Source of the DNA: Armatimonadota bacterium
GTDB lineage: Bacteria > Armatimonadota > SYMT01
Assembly: GCA_041690135.1 (NCBI GenBank)
Contig: JAWLHY010000003.1
Coordinates: 160,001 to 224,000 of the forward strand
Length of the DNA stretch: 64,000 nucleotides
Reading direction: 5' to 3'
Shown here: positions 18,410-28,870 of the stretch, in pieces
How positions within the stretch are numbered: the first letter of the stretch is position 1
How the letters are laid out: each line of letters begins with the position of its first letter
Translations under genes and position numbers: made by a program
The notes under the pieces: generated by a model
Database searches by the model: none
Told to the model about the DNA's origin: nothing
Seen by the model: the letters and a program-made list of their open reading frames with translations, nothing else

Positions 18410-20197
18410 ATGCTTCGTTTCGAAACTTTCCTGCAAGTCAAGTCGGCGACGGGCGGCGTGTTCTCGCCGGATGGCCGGACTCTGGCTTATCTCTCGAACC
18501 TCACCGGGGTGGCGCAGCTCTACTGCCTGGATGCGCCGGGCGCGGATCCGCGGCAGTTGACCGACACCGGCGAGATCGTGCGGGCCGTGCACTGGTCGCC
18601 CGACGGCAGCCGGCTGCTCTACACGATGGACCGCGGCGGAAACGAGCACGAGCAGCTCTACCTGCTCTCCTCCGATGGTGCTGAAGGCCGGGCGCTCACC
18701 GATGTGCCCGCGGCGATCCACACCTTCGGTGGGTGGTCGCGCGACTCTCGCTCCGTGGCCTTTGCCGCCAACCGCCGGAACGCCGCCCACTTCGACGTGT
18801 ACGTGCTCGACGTGCAGACGGGAGAGGAACGGTGCGTGCTGCAGCGCGACGCCTACTTCACCGTTGCGGACTGGTCGCCGGACGGTCGCCACCTGGTGGT
18901 CCGGCAGCACCACGCCAGCTTTAACCAGGATCTGCACCTGCTCGATCTGGAGACCGGCGACCTCCGGCTGCTGACACCTCACGACGGGAATGCCCGCTAT
19001 CCGGCGGCGCGGTTCCTTCCGGACGGGCGCCACCTGCTCCTGCTGACGGACCAGGACCGGGACTTCGTGGCGCTGGAGCGACTGGATGTCCCCACGTCCC
19101 GGCGGAAGGCCCTGTTGGAGAAGCCCGGCGACGTAGAGAGCCTGGACCTCTGCGCGGACGGCAACCGCGTGGTGATGCTGCTGAACCGGGAGGGCTGGTC
19201 CGAGGTCCTCACCGCCCGGCTGACGGAACGGGGCCTCGCCAACCTGGCCCAGATGCCCCTGCCCGGCGTTGCCGCAAGTGCCCGGATCTCGGGAGACGGC
19301 ACCCGGATCGCTCTGTCGCTCAACGGCCCGACCCGCAACTTCAACGTCTGGAGCCTGGACGCGGACGGTGTCTCGCGCACCCCGTGGACCCGCGTGGACC
19401 TGGGCGAACTCGACCCTGCGAGCTTAGTGGAACCGCAGTTGATCCGCTACCCCACGCACGACGGTCGCGAGATCCCCGCCTGGCTCTACCTGCCGCGCGA
19501 ACGTGCGGGGCCGCATGCGGTGATCGTGCACGTCCACGGAGGCCCCGAAGGCCAGGACCGGCCCAACTTCTCGCCCGTGTACCAGTACCTGGTCCACCGG
19601 GGCTACGCCGTGCTGGCCCCCAATGTGCGTGGCAGCAGCGGTTACGGCAACACCTACTGCCACCTGGACGACCGAGAGAAGCGCTACGACGCCCTGCGGG
19701 ACGTGGAGTTCGCCTACCACTGGCTCGTGTCCAGCAACACCGGCGAGCCCCGCCGCATTGCGATCATGGGAGCCAGCTACGGCGGCTTCACCGTGCTCTA
19801 CTGCCTCACCCGCCAGCCGGAGCTCTGGGCGGCGGGCGTGGACATCGTGGGCATCGCCAACTTCGAGACCTTCTTCCAGCACACCGGCCCGTACCGCCGC
19901 CACCTCCGGGCCAGCGAGTACGGAGACCCGGAGCGCGACCGGGAACTTCTGTGGGACCTCTCCCCGATCCACCGCGTCAACCAGATCCGCGCACCGTTGA
20001 TGGTGGTCCAGGGCGCCAACGACCCGCGTGTGCCGCAGGAAGAGTCGGACCAGAGGGTCGAATCGCTAAGGGCTCGCCGCCACCCGGTGGTGTACCTTCT
20101 CTTCCCGGACGAGGGCCACGGGATCGTCAAGCTCCCGAACCGGGTGCGGGCCTACACCGCCATCGGGGAGTTTCTCGACCGGCACCTGGAGATCTGA
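18410..20197 (+). CDS. S9 family (prolyl oligopeptidase/acylaminoacyl) peptidase
   Basis: N-terminal propeller (WSPDG repeats), HGGP, GASYGG nucleophile, ANDPRV, DEGHG triad. Confidence 0.95.
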   Translation: MLRFETFLQVKSATGGVFSPDGRTLAYLSNLTGVAQLYCLDAPGADPRQLTDTGEIVRAVHWSPDGSRLLYTMDRGGNEHEQLYLLSSDGAEGRALTDVPAAIHTFGGWSRDSRSVAFAANRRNAAHFDVYVLDVQTGEERCVLQRDAYFTVADWSPDGRHLVVRQHHASFNQDLHLLDLETGDLRLLTPHDGNARYPAARFLPDGRHLLLLTDQDRDFVALERLDVPTSRRKALLEKPGDVESLDLCADGNRVVMLLNREGWSEVLTARLTERGLANLAQMPLPGVAASARISGDGTRIALSLNGPTRNFNVWSLDADGVSRTPWTRVDLGELDPASLVEPQLIRYPTHDGREIPAWLYLPRERAGPHAVIVHVHGGPEGQDRPNFSPVYQYLVHRGYAVLAPNVRGSSGYGNTYCHLDDREKRYDALRDVEFAYHWLVSSNTGEPRRIAIMGASYGGFTVLYCLTRQPELWAAGVDIVGIANFETFFQHTGPYRRHLRASEYGDPERDRELLWDLSPIHRVNQIRAPLMVVQGANDPRVPQEESDQRVESLRARRHPVVYLLFPDEGHGIVKLPNRVRAYTAIGEFLDRHLEI

Positions 20198-20202
20198 AAA
20201 CC

Positions 20203-21021
20203 ATGCGCTACCTGCCCTGCCTGAACACCAGCACCCTCCGGCCCGCTTCCGTGCCGGATAAGATCGACGCCGCCGCCGCGGCCGGGTTCCGGGCCGTGGA
20301 GCTGTGGAACACGGAGGTCACCGACTACCTCGCGAGCGGCGCCGGAACCCTTCAGGACGTGAAGGACCGCCTCGCCGGGCATGGCCTCGCGGTGCCGAGC
20401 ATGATCGCGGTTATGGGGTTCGTGGGGAACGAGAGCCCCGGCCGGGCGGAACGGGTGGGGGAGGCCCGCCGGCGCATGGAACAGGCCCGGGAGCTGGGCG
20501 CCCCGTTCATCGTCGCCTCGCCGCCGATGGGCCGCGCCGACCTCGCCCGCTGCGGCGACGACTACGCGGAGCTCCTGGCGATGGGCCGGGAGATCGGGAT
20601 CCGGCCGGCCATGGAGTTCCTCGGCTTCGTGGAGCATGTGAACTCGATCCCCGTGGCGCGGGAGATCATGGAGCGGTCCGGCGACCCCACCGCCACGATT
20701 GTCATCGACTGGTTCCACATGGTCCGCGGCGACGGCCGGGAGACGATGTTCGACGACCTGCGCGCGCTGAAGGCGGAGCAGATCGCCATCGTTCACCTCG
20801 ACGATGTGCCGTACCGGAAACCGTTCGCGGAGATGACGGACGGCGACCGCGTCTACCCCGGCGACGGCGATATCCCCATCGACCAGCTGTTCGCGGTGCT
20901 GGAAGAGACCGGCTACCAGGGTCCCGTGAGCCTGGAACTGTTCAGCGAGGAGCTCTGGGCGCAGGACCCGTATCAGGTGGCCAGGACGGGGTTCGAGAAA
21001 AGCCGGAACTGGTTCCAGTGA
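20203..21021 (+). CDS. Sugar phosphate isomerase/epimerase (xylose-isomerase-like TIM barrel)
   Basis: AGFRAVELW, MEFLGF, DWFH, VHLDD, DRVYPGDG, SLELFS. Confidence 0.9.
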   Translation: MRYLPCLNTSTLRPASVPDKIDAAAAAGFRAVELWNTEVTDYLASGAGTLQDVKDRLAGHGLAVPSMIAVMGFVGNESPGRAERVGEARRRMEQARELGAPFIVASPPMGRADLARCGDDYAELLAMGREIGIRPAMEFLGFVEHVNSIPVAREIMERSGDPTATIVIDWFHMVRGDGRETMFDDLRALKAEQIAIVHLDDVPYRKPFAEMTDGDRVYPGDGDIPIDQLFAVLEETGYQGPVSLELFSEELWAQDPYQVARTGFEKSRNWFQ

Positions 21022-21300
21022 TGCGTATTGCGTGAGCCTACGTGCGAGGTGACTGCGATGACGGAAAAGCTACCTCGGGATCGATGCGGACGTAATGCGT
21101 GAAACGTGAAGGTCCGGACGAGGGCAGGATCACCCCACACCGCCTGAGCCGTTAAGACTCTCGCTTGAGTAACCTAACCGGTTTTGATGGCGACTCCCAA
21201 CGCTGCGCGGGCCAACGCGAAATCACGACGCCCAGAGGGCACCCGACGAAATTCGCGAAAAGGGTAAGGCTTCGTCCCAGGTGCTCCCAGCAGTCTCCAT

Positions 21301-21358
21301 ACAGCTTCCTTGCCTGGAGAGAGGGATTCTGGCGCTTCTCTCCAGGCAAGGAAGCTGT
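21301..21358. repeat. Perfect 22-bp inverted repeat (terminator or minimal MITE-like)
   Basis: ACAGCTTCCTTGCCTGGAGAGA-14nt-TCTCTCCAGGCAAGGAAGCTGT. Confidence 0.8.
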
Positions 21359-21363
21359 CGTAG

Positions 21364-22767
21364 TTACACGGGTTCCGGAGTGGCGAAGTCGCCCGTCATC
21401 GTTGCGGGGAGGCGCCACACGCGGTCGCAGGCGCGGTTGGTGAAGTAGAGGTGGGAGGGAGACGGCTGCTTCGCGTGGCCGTCCGCCCACAAGGCATAGA
21501 AGTCCGGGTGCGCGTCGACCGGTCGCCGCGGGTAAGTGTGATTGAAAGGGCTGTCGCGTGTGAGCACCCGTTCCCGCTTCCAGGTGCGACCCTGGTCCCG
21601 GCTTTCCCAGACGGCGATCTCCCCGCCGGTGCAGTAGGGCTGCGGTCCGGGTTCCGTGGCCCCGATGATCCGCCAGCGGCCATCCGGTTCGATGTACAGC
21701 GAACCGAAGTCGTAGTTGTGGTCCGAGGTGGTAACGGGGCGGAAGGCCCAATCGGTGCCGGTCCAGCACGCCAGCATCCAGGCGCGCGGACCGTTCTTCG
21801 GGCCGGATTCGTAGCCGTGGCTCGTCAGGTAGAGGATCACCGGGTTTCCGGCCGCGTCAAACGTCAGGTCCTTCAGGTAGACCAGCAGCCCTCCACTCTC
21901 ATATTCCCGGACCAGGGCCGGGTTGCGGATCTCGGTGAGCGGGGTGCGCACCACCTCTCCCGCGATCGTGCGCCAGGTAGCGCCGCCGTCGCGGGTCTCC
22001 AGGTAATAGAGGTTGGTGCGCGCATTCAAGCCGCCCTTCTCCGGATGGTAGTTGAATGCTGTCGCCAGCCGGTCCCCGTTCCGCCAGCTTACCTGGTAGT
22101 GACCCTGGGCGATCCGTGCCAGGGGCCGCGGCTCGTTCCAGCTACGACCGTCACGGCTGGTCATCCAGTGCAGGCCGCGCCCGGAGGCGTAGCGGGTGTG
22201 CAGGAATAGAAAGCCCCGGTCCGGCAGATACCACGGTTGGCCGTAGGAGAAGTTGGTCGTCACCACGCGCTCGAAGGTGTCGATGGAGTACGGCTTGGTG
22301 CTGCGGTGGATGTAGGAGGGCCGGGAGGTGCCGTGGGCGTTGGAGAAGATCCAGAGATGGCCTTCGGCGTCCAGCGTGAGCACGGGATTGTCGTGCGCGT
22401 CGTCGGTCTTCTTGTTCAGCAGGATCCGCGGGCACGGCACCTTCCCCGTGGCGTGGTCGAAGTAGGAGACCATGTGCAAGAGCTCGTTCTTCTCCCGAAG
22501 TGCGCCGCCGTAGACAAAGAAGGTCTTGTTCGCCGCGCGGGAATAGTGCGCGATGGGTAGGTGCTGCTGGGGGTAGGTCGCAAACCCGCCGGAGTACTTG
22601 TAGACGTACTCGTCTTTGGAAGGCTGGTTGAAGTACCAGATTCCCCGGTACCCGTCATCCGCGGGCAGCACCTGTTCCTCGGCACGGCCGTTCGTGGCGA
22701 GGGAGGCCCCGGCTGTTCCCAGGGCCAGGGCGGCGGTATTCTTGAGGAGGTCGCGGCGGTTGGGCAT
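21364..22767 (-). CDS. Tat-exported BNR-4 repeat (sialidase-like propeller) protein
   Basis: MPNRRDLLK Tat motif; DDAHDNP; Asp-boxes SRDGRSW, TRDGGATW, SRDQGRTW. Confidence 0.88.
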   Translation of the reverse strand: MPNRRDLLKNTAALALGTAGASLATNGRAEEQVLPADDGYRGIWYFNQPSKDEYVYKYSGGFATYPQQHLPIAHYSRAANKTFFVYGGALREKNELLHMVSYFDHATGKVPCPRILLNKKTDDAHDNPVLTLDAEGHLWIFSNAHGTSRPSYIHRSTKPYSIDTFERVVTTNFSYGQPWYLPDRGFLFLHTRYASGRGLHWMTSRDGRSWNEPRPLARIAQGHYQVSWRNGDRLATAFNYHPEKGGLNARTNLYYLETRDGGATWRTIAGEVVRTPLTEIRNPALVREYESGGLLVYLKDLTFDAAGNPVILYLTSHGYESGPKNGPRAWMLACWTGTDWAFRPVTTSDHNYDFGSLYIEPDGRWRIIGATEPGPQPYCTGGEIAVWESRDQGRTWKRERVLTRDSPFNHTYPRRPVDAHPDFYALWADGHAKQPSPSHLYFTNRACDRVWRLPATMTGDFATPEPV

Positions 22768-23429
22768 GGGTTTGTATTGCGTTTTGCGTAAGGGACCGTG
22801 CTGGGTGTGAGCGCGGCAACCGGGTGGCTGCCTCGCACGGTGCCCGTGAAACGTGAAGCGTAAAACGTGAAGTCTGGGGCGGGACGGCAAACGGTTGGCA
22901 GGGGTCGGTGTGCCGGCTTCCGCCCGTGGCCGCCCCAGAGACAATGCCGGCCGGTACCGCAGCCGCCAGTCAACTTTCCCAAATGGAATCTACCGGATGC
23001 CGCGAACCTCGTCAGGTGATTCGGTCCGGGTTGGTCAGCCGCCGGAGTATACCCGAAGGAGCACAAGGGCATAGGGCCGTCCCCAGCCAGGATCATGCCC
23101 CCGCACCCGGAGTGCAGGATGGTGGTCGCTACGTAGGGTCGGCTCGCTGTCGCCGACCAGGGCTCCTGCCCCCGCACCCGGCGTGCACCGCGTAACGCCA
23201 TCGTGGGGCCCAACCGGATTCGCCGCATCGGTGCTGATCCCGTCGTGCGTCACGGTACGCCGTCCCATCGCAGACCAGGAGCGCTGCACGGTTGGTCGAC
23301 GGGAGCAAGATCACGATCTGGGGAAGGGACTGCGACCATTCCCCTACCGCCACCGTGACGACTTCACAGTTGGCCAGCAGGTCATCCACAGGCCACGGCC
23401 CGCGGAAACCCATTCAACTACCGCGACCG

Positions 23430-24515
23430 TCAACGCAACCAACGCGTGAAACGTTCCAACCACGTTGGCTCGGAGGTTGCCGACATCTCCGAATCCGCGT
23501 CGCCGGGGAGCGGAAGTTGGCCCGCGTTGGCGGTAGCCGGGCCGGCGGGAAGAGGCAGATCATCCGCTGGATCGGGTTTTCCTTCCGCAGGAAGCGGGAG
23601 GTCGGCCAGGTTCTGCGTGGCCCGGTGGATCGCCTCTCTGGCGGCTTCGTAGCATTCCTTTTCGGCCGCATTCCAGGTCCGTGCGAGGCGCGCCAGGACC
23701 GGCAGTGCTTCCCGGAGGCGGCGGTCGCGCAGCCGCCCGGCCATCTTCCCGAGTGCATAGGCAGCTTGCATGCGAATCCCCGGCTGATCCGTCTCCAACA
23801 TCCGCAGGAGGGGACCCATTGCCGGCTTCCCGATCTGTCCCAGGGCCCCGATCACTGCCTGATCGAGATCCCGATGGATGTCCAGGGCCCGGCAAAGAGG
23901 TTCCACGGCACGTGGGTCCCCAAGGGTTCCCAGGGCCGTGGCCGCCGTTCTCCGAACACGCGGATGGTGATCTCGCAGGGCGGCGCAAAGATCGAGCACC
24001 GCCCTGCGGTCCCCGATTCGTGCGAGCGCCTTCGCCGCGGCTTCACGCACACGCCGGTGTGGATCCCGCAAGCCGTGGGAGAGATCCCCGAGAACCGTGG
24101 GGTCCCCAATTTCGCCCAGACCTTCCGCCGCGTGCGCCCGCACCGGCCCATCCGGATGTCGTTCTAGTGCGGCGCGCAGCGGCCAGATCGTACCCGCGGC
24201 GCCCATTCGCACGAGCCCCCGCACCGCTTGCAGGCGCACCCAGCAGTTGTGATCATCCAGAAGCTCCGCCAGTGCCTCCACCGCCGCGGCGTCGTTCAGT
24301 CCGCCGAGACCCGCGGCAGCGAAACCGCGCACGCGCGCATCCGAATCGCGGCGGGCGGCATGCAAGAGATCGGCCGTCTCCGGGCCGGGGCGCGTGCTCA
24401 GAGCGCGGACCGCCTCGCGACGGACGATCTCCCGCTCATCGCGGAGGGCCTCGGTGAGCGCATCGATGTCAAAGGCCGGGGCTCCTTCTACATCGGGTTG
24501 TGCGTTGTGTGGCAA
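23430..24515 (-). CDS. HEAT/PBS-lyase repeat protein
   Basis: Repeated L.D....VR..AA.ALG.IGD..AV..L units. Start is uncertain (TTG 24515). Confidence 0.85.
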   Translation of the reverse strand: MPHNAQPDVEGAPAFDIDALTEALRDEREIVRREAVRALSTRPGPETADLLHAARRDSDARVRGFAAAGLGGLNDAAAVEALAELLDDHNCWVRLQAVRGLVRMGAAGTIWPLRAALERHPDGPVRAHAAEGLGEIGDPTVLGDLSHGLRDPHRRVREAAAKALARIGDRRAVLDLCAALRDHHPRVRRTAATALGTLGDPRAVEPLCRALDIHRDLDQAVIGALGQIGKPAMGPLLRMLETDQPGIRMQAAYALGKMAGRLRDRRLREALPVLARLARTWNAAEKECYEAAREAIHRATQNLADLPLPAEGKPDPADDLPLPAGPATANAGQLPLPGDADSEMSATSEPTWLERFTRWLR

Positions 24516-24529
24516 GGTGGGTGGGAATT

Positions 24530-25240
24530 GCGTGATGCGTAAGTCTCGTGCGCGGCAGGTGCGGAAGCAAGGATAGGACCTCGCACAATGCTGTATTGCG
24601 TGATGCGTATTGCATAAGGGCTCGTGCGGGGGCGAGTGCGGAGGCAAGCGTGGTGCCTCGAACAGGGCTGTACTGCGTGACTCTCGTGCCGGAGTGGGTG
24701 GGTGGCGGGGATGCAGCCTCGTTCGTAGCCGTGAAACGTGAAACGTCCGCCCACGGGGCACCCGGTGACGGTCCGGGACGGGGTGCGGCAAAAATGCCCT
24801 TTCTACCAACCAGAACTACATTGCCGCTGCACGACCCGGTTGTTGCAGAGGGTGAGGTCAACGGCCCAACCTGTGTAGGTTTCAACAAGCTGAACCTGTG
24901 TGCCTCTGTGCGGCCGGCATCCACCCCAAAAGAAAGGGCAGGAAACCCGGAACCCCACGTGTGACGGAGTATTAACCGGCACGCCTGATCCGGCCCCGGG
25001 AACACGCATAGGCAAAACAACGCCAATCCTGCCCCAGACTCTCACTGGGTGCCCCGTGGGCGGACGTTCGCGGACCGCGCGACGAGGCCACACCTTTCCC
25101 CGCACCGCCCACGCACGTGAGGCAGCCCTTACGCATTACGCATCACGCATTACGAAGCTCACGCATCACGCACTACGAGCCGCGGACGAGGCTCTACCCT
25201 TGCCTCCGCACCTGCCGCGCACGAAAACGACGCATCACGG
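24530..25240. repeat. Large composite imperfect inverted-repeat element with TGCGTRA heptamer runs
   Basis: 24546-24583 pairs with 25187-25224; 24742-24768 pairs with 25042-25068 (26/27). Confidence 0.75.
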
Positions 25241-25249
25241 ACCAAACCC

Positions 25250-26632
25250 ATGTCACTCACCCGACGCAACCTGTTGAAATCCACCGCGGCCGCTACCGGG
25301 CTCGGCACCCTGGCGACCGGCGCCCTCACTACGGAAGCGAAGACGGCACCAACTGCTGGGGCCGCCGGGGGCGGTAACAGCGGTCCCATTCCCGTACCGG
25401 CCCCCCGGATCGCCCGCTTCGAGCGCATGGCCTTCGGGATGTTCGTCCACTGGGGCCTCTACTCGCAGATCGGCCGCGGCGAGTGGGCCAAGAACAACCA
25501 GAAGATCCCTACCGACGAATACATGAAGCTGATGAAGACCTTCACCGCGAAGGACTTCAGCGGACGGGAGTTCGCACGGATGGCGAAGCGGGCGGGGATG
25601 AAGTATATCACCCTCACCAGCCGCCACCACGACGGTTTCAGCCTGTACGATACGCGGGGCCTCTCGAAGTACGACGTAATGCACACTCCGGCCAAGCGGG
25701 ACCTCATCCGCAACTTCGTCGAGGGCTGCCGCGCGGAGGGCATCACCCCGATGCTCTACTGCACCACCCTCGACTGGACCGAGCCGCGCTTCGAGGCCGA
25801 TTTCCCCGCCTACCTGCAGTACCTGCGGGACAGCATTGAGCTGCTCTGCACCCGGTACGGCCCCATCGGCGGCTTCTGGTTCGACGGCAACTGGAGCAAG
25901 CCCAAGGCGGACTGGCAGGAAGATAAGCTGTACGCCGTCATCCGGAAGCACCAGCCGGAAGCGCTGATCATCAACAACACCGGCATCGGCTCCGGCGGCA
26001 AGCTGGGGAACCCGGAGATCGACAGCGTCACCTTCGAGCGCGGCCGGCCGAAACCACTCGACCGCCGCGGGCACCCCAAGTACGTGGCCGCCGAGATGTG
26101 CCACACGATGAACTTCCACTGGGGTATCGCGAACCAGGACTTCAACATGCTCTCGCCCGCCCACGTGATCGAGGAACTCTGCCTCTCCCGACGGGCCGGC
26201 GCCAATCTCTTGATGAATCTCGGTCCGGAAGCTCAGGGGAAACTCCCTGCCTATGAGTCCGCGGCGTTTGCCCGCGTGGGCGATTGGATCCAGATACACG
26301 GCGGCGACTCCGGCCCCATCTACCAGGGACGCCCCACCATGATCTCCGGGGATGGCGAGGACTTCGCCCTGGAGTTGAACGGCGACCTCTATCTGTTTGT
26401 CTTCGGCCTTACGCCCACGGCGAACACCCAGGCTCACGGCAGCGGCGGGAAGGGTCCGGGCAAGCGGCTGTTCAAAGGGGTGGAAAAGGCCTATCGCACG
26501 GCCCAGTGGATGGACAACGGCGAAGACCTGAAGTTGGAGTATGACGTTACCGGTAAGCAGCTCACACTCCACGCCACGCGCTACCCCTACGGGACGAACA
26601 CCGTGGTAAGGGTGGCGCGCGTTCGGGCCTAA
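25250..26632 (+). CDS. Tat-exported alpha-L-fucosidase (GH29)
   Basis: LTRRNLLK; FGMFVHWGLYS, AGMKYITLTSRHHDGFSLYDT, WFDG nucleophile, NLLMNLGP. Confidence 0.93.
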   Translation: MSLTRRNLLKSTAAATGLGTLATGALTTEAKTAPTAGAAGGGNSGPIPVPAPRIARFERMAFGMFVHWGLYSQIGRGEWAKNNQKIPTDEYMKLMKTFTAKDFSGREFARMAKRAGMKYITLTSRHHDGFSLYDTRGLSKYDVMHTPAKRDLIRNFVEGCRAEGITPMLYCTTLDWTEPRFEADFPAYLQYLRDSIELLCTRYGPIGGFWFDGNWSKPKADWQEDKLYAVIRKHQPEALIINNTGIGSGGKLGNPEIDSVTFERGRPKPLDRRGHPKYVAAEMCHTMNFHWGIANQDFNMLSPAHVIEELCLSRRAGANLLMNLGPEAQGKLPAYESAAFARVGDWIQIHGGDSGPIYQGRPTMISGDGEDFALELNGDLYLFVFGLTPTANTQAHGSGGKGPGKRLFKGVEKAYRTAQWMDNGEDLKLEYDVTGKQLTLHATRYPYGTNTVVRVARVRA

Positions 26633-26641
26633 CGGGGCTCT

Positions 26642-26720
26642 GTTAACCGCCAAGACGCCAAGAGCGCCAAGACAAGAGCGTTCTTCCCCTCGTGGCGTCC
26701 TTGGCGTCTTGGCGGTTAAC
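26642..26720. repeat. Palindromic element built from 9-bp units (CGCCAAGA..) between convergent genes
   Basis: Perfect 21-bp IR GTTAACCGCCAAGACGCCAAG ... CTTGGCGTCTTGGCGGTTAAC. Confidence 0.85.
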
Positions 26721-26726
26721 TCTCCA

Positions 26727-27848
26727 TCAGTCCGGGATGAGCCGCACGGTCTCCCCAAACGGGAACCGGTCGAGATCCAGGCCCCCGGCGGTGACGACCC
26801 AGAGGACCGGGAGGCGCGGGGCGGCCTCGGGGAAGGCGCCGTAGCCGTCCGTCAGGTAGAGGCAGACGCCTTCCACTTCGGCCTGGGTCTCGCGCTCCAC
26901 CGCCGCGAAGAACGGGCGGAAGTCGGTGCCTCCTCCGCCTTGCGGTGGGGGTAGAGCGGCGCCCGAGCCGAGGCGATAAGGGCCGTAGGCAGCCGCATCC
27001 ACGTAGTAAAGGTCGCAGAGGAGGTCCGGGTAGGCGGAGAGGATGCCATGGACCTCCCCCAGGAACTGCGCCAACTCGCGCTCGCTGATGGAACCGCTGG
27101 TGTCGATGCCGACGTGCACGCGCACCGTCTCCGTCTCCAGCCCTTCCAGGTAGAGACCGCGACCGATGAAGCGGCGGTCGAAGCCGGAGAAATCGGTGGG
27201 GGTGCGCACCATGTAGCGCCACAGGTGCGAACGCCAGTCGAGACGGGAAGGTTCCAGGCAACCCAACTCGCGAGTTAGGCCGGCGGGTAGGGAGCCCTGG
27301 CCCAGGCTGCGCACCAGGACCGCTGCCTGCGTCCGCGCCTGCCGCCACTGGTTCTCCAACTCCACCGCGGTGGCTCCGGTTGGGAGGTCCAGCAGGTCAC
27401 GGAACCGGCAGAGGACTTCGCCCAGCCCGCCGCCCCGTTGGAGCAGCTCGTACACTTCCTCCACGGAGAGCTTCTCCATCTCCTTGTCGCGGAGGGTGTC
27501 CTTCGGCAGGGAGAACCCCGGCAACGGAGCGATGATCCCGTTGACCACGATATCGGCCGCGATATTCCACAACTCCGGGTCGCGGGTGCCCCGGCGGGGA
27601 ACGTGCAGCAGTGCGGCGTGCAATACCTCATGCAACATCACGCCGTCCAGCTCCGCCTGGCCCAGGGAGAGGAGAAACTCCGGGTTCCAGAAGAGGTCCC
27701 GCCCATCCGTGGCTGCCGTCGGGCAGGTTTCGGTGAGGACGATGCGTGCAAAGAGGGCCAGGGTCGCGAAGAACGGGGCGCGCGACCGCAGCCGCAGCAT
27801 CGAAGCGCTGATCCGGCGCTGGGCTCGTTCGAGGTGGGGATCACTCAC
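26727..27848 (-). CDS. DUF2201 (COG3864-like) putative metallopeptidase fused to a vWA domain
   Basis: PFFATL, TAATDG, MLHEVLHAALLH (HExxH), WNIAADIVVN, MIDAS DTSGS, GGGGTDFRP, YLTDGYG. GTGA overlap with the ATPase stop. Confidence 0.93.
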   Translation of the reverse strand: MSDPHLERAQRRISASMLRLRSRAPFFATLALFARIVLTETCPTAATDGRDLFWNPEFLLSLGQAELDGVMLHEVLHAALLHVPRRGTRDPELWNIAADIVVNGIIAPLPGFSLPKDTLRDKEMEKLSVEEVYELLQRGGGLGEVLCRFRDLLDLPTGATAVELENQWRQARTQAAVLVRSLGQGSLPAGLTRELGCLEPSRLDWRSHLWRYMVRTPTDFSGFDRRFIGRGLYLEGLETETVRVHVGIDTSGSISERELAQFLGEVHGILSAYPDLLCDLYYVDAAAYGPYRLGSGAALPPPQGGGGTDFRPFFAAVERETQAEVEGVCLYLTDGYGAFPEAAPRLPVLWVVTAGGLDLDRFPFGETVRLIPD

Positions 27849-28846
27849 TGGCGCAGCAACTCCGCGTACTCTTGCAGGAACCGCTGCAGCCGGGCGTCCC
27901 GCTGGACGATCTGTGCCAGGACTCCCATCTGCCCGCGTTCCCGCAGGAGCCGGAAGAGGTCCTGGGCAAAGAGCTGCACCCACTCCGCGGGGGCGCGGTC
28001 CGCCAGCCAGCGGAAGGCATGGAACGCTTTGCCCGCGTCCGTGGCACGCGTGGTGAGACCGATGGCAACGGCGTAACGCACGGAGGGGGCCTCCGGAAAG
28101 GAGATCCGCTCGCCCCGACCTTCCAGGATGGCGGCCAGGTCCGGCAGGGACCCGTAGACCTCCAGGTAAGCCATGAACTCCGCGGCGGCCCCCTCCCCCA
28201 CCACCGGTGCCACGTCCAGGCCCACGGCGTGCAGGCTGCCGGCCATGGTCCAGGAGCGCGGAGAAGGCCACGCCACCTGCTGCGGGTCATGCTTGTGCAA
28301 GAGGGAGGGTCGGAACGCAAGGAACGCCAGCACCTGCTCGTGCAGCCCGCTGGCCAGCGAGTGGGTCTTGAAGCTGTCGAAGTCCGGGCTCACATCCAGG
28401 TGTAGGAACCGGTTCGCGAGCGGGGCCGGCATCTCGAAAACGGAGGCACGGTCCTCCTTCCGATTGCCGGCCGCCCAGATAAACCAGCCTTCCGGCACCG
28501 TATACGAGCCGACGCGACGGTCCAGGATCAACTGCTGGGCGATTCCCTGCATGGCCGGCGGCGCCATGTTCAGCTCATCCAGGAAGAGGACGCCCCGGCC
28601 CCCGTCCGGCAGGAACTCCGGCGGGTACCAGCGCGAGCGCCCCCCTTCCGGAACGGGGAGCCCGCGGAGATCCGTCGGCGCCAACTGGGAAAGGCGCACG
28701 TCCACGAACTCCAGCCCGTGCGCCGCCGCGACCTGCGCCACGATGTTCGATTTCCCGATGCCGGGCGGCCCCCAGATCATGGTGCTGAGCATCATCCGGT
28801 GCTCGACCAGCTTCTGGAGATAGTTCTTCAGCGCCTGCGGAGTCAC
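27845..28846 (-). CDS. MoxR-like AAA+ ATPase (AAA_5/dynein-related type)
   Basis: Walker A GPPGIGKS, DLRGLP, Walker B LFLDELN, AAGNR, APLANRF, PSPRSW. Confidence 0.95.
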   Translation of the reverse strand: MTPQALKNYLQKLVEHRMMLSTMIWGPPGIGKSNIVAQVAAAHGLEFVDVRLSQLAPTDLRGLPVPEGGRSRWYPPEFLPDGGRGVLFLDELNMAPPAMQGIAQQLILDRRVGSYTVPEGWFIWAAGNRKEDRASVFEMPAPLANRFLHLDVSPDFDSFKTHSLASGLHEQVLAFLAFRPSLLHKHDPQQVAWPSPRSWTMAGSLHAVGLDVAPVVGEGAAAEFMAYLEVYGSLPDLAAILEGRGERISFPEAPSVRYAVAIGLTTRATDAGKAFHAFRWLADRAPAEWVQLFAQDLFRLLRERGQMGVLAQIVQRDARLQRFLQEYAELLRQ

Positions 28847-28870
28847 GAATACCCGTCCTTTCCTATCTGC

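Noticed and set aside
24546-24721. Three ~38-bp units with spacers as a possible CRISPR array
   Set aside because: Units are too degenerate, spacers are themselves heptamer repeats, inverted copies exist nearby, and there are no cas genes.
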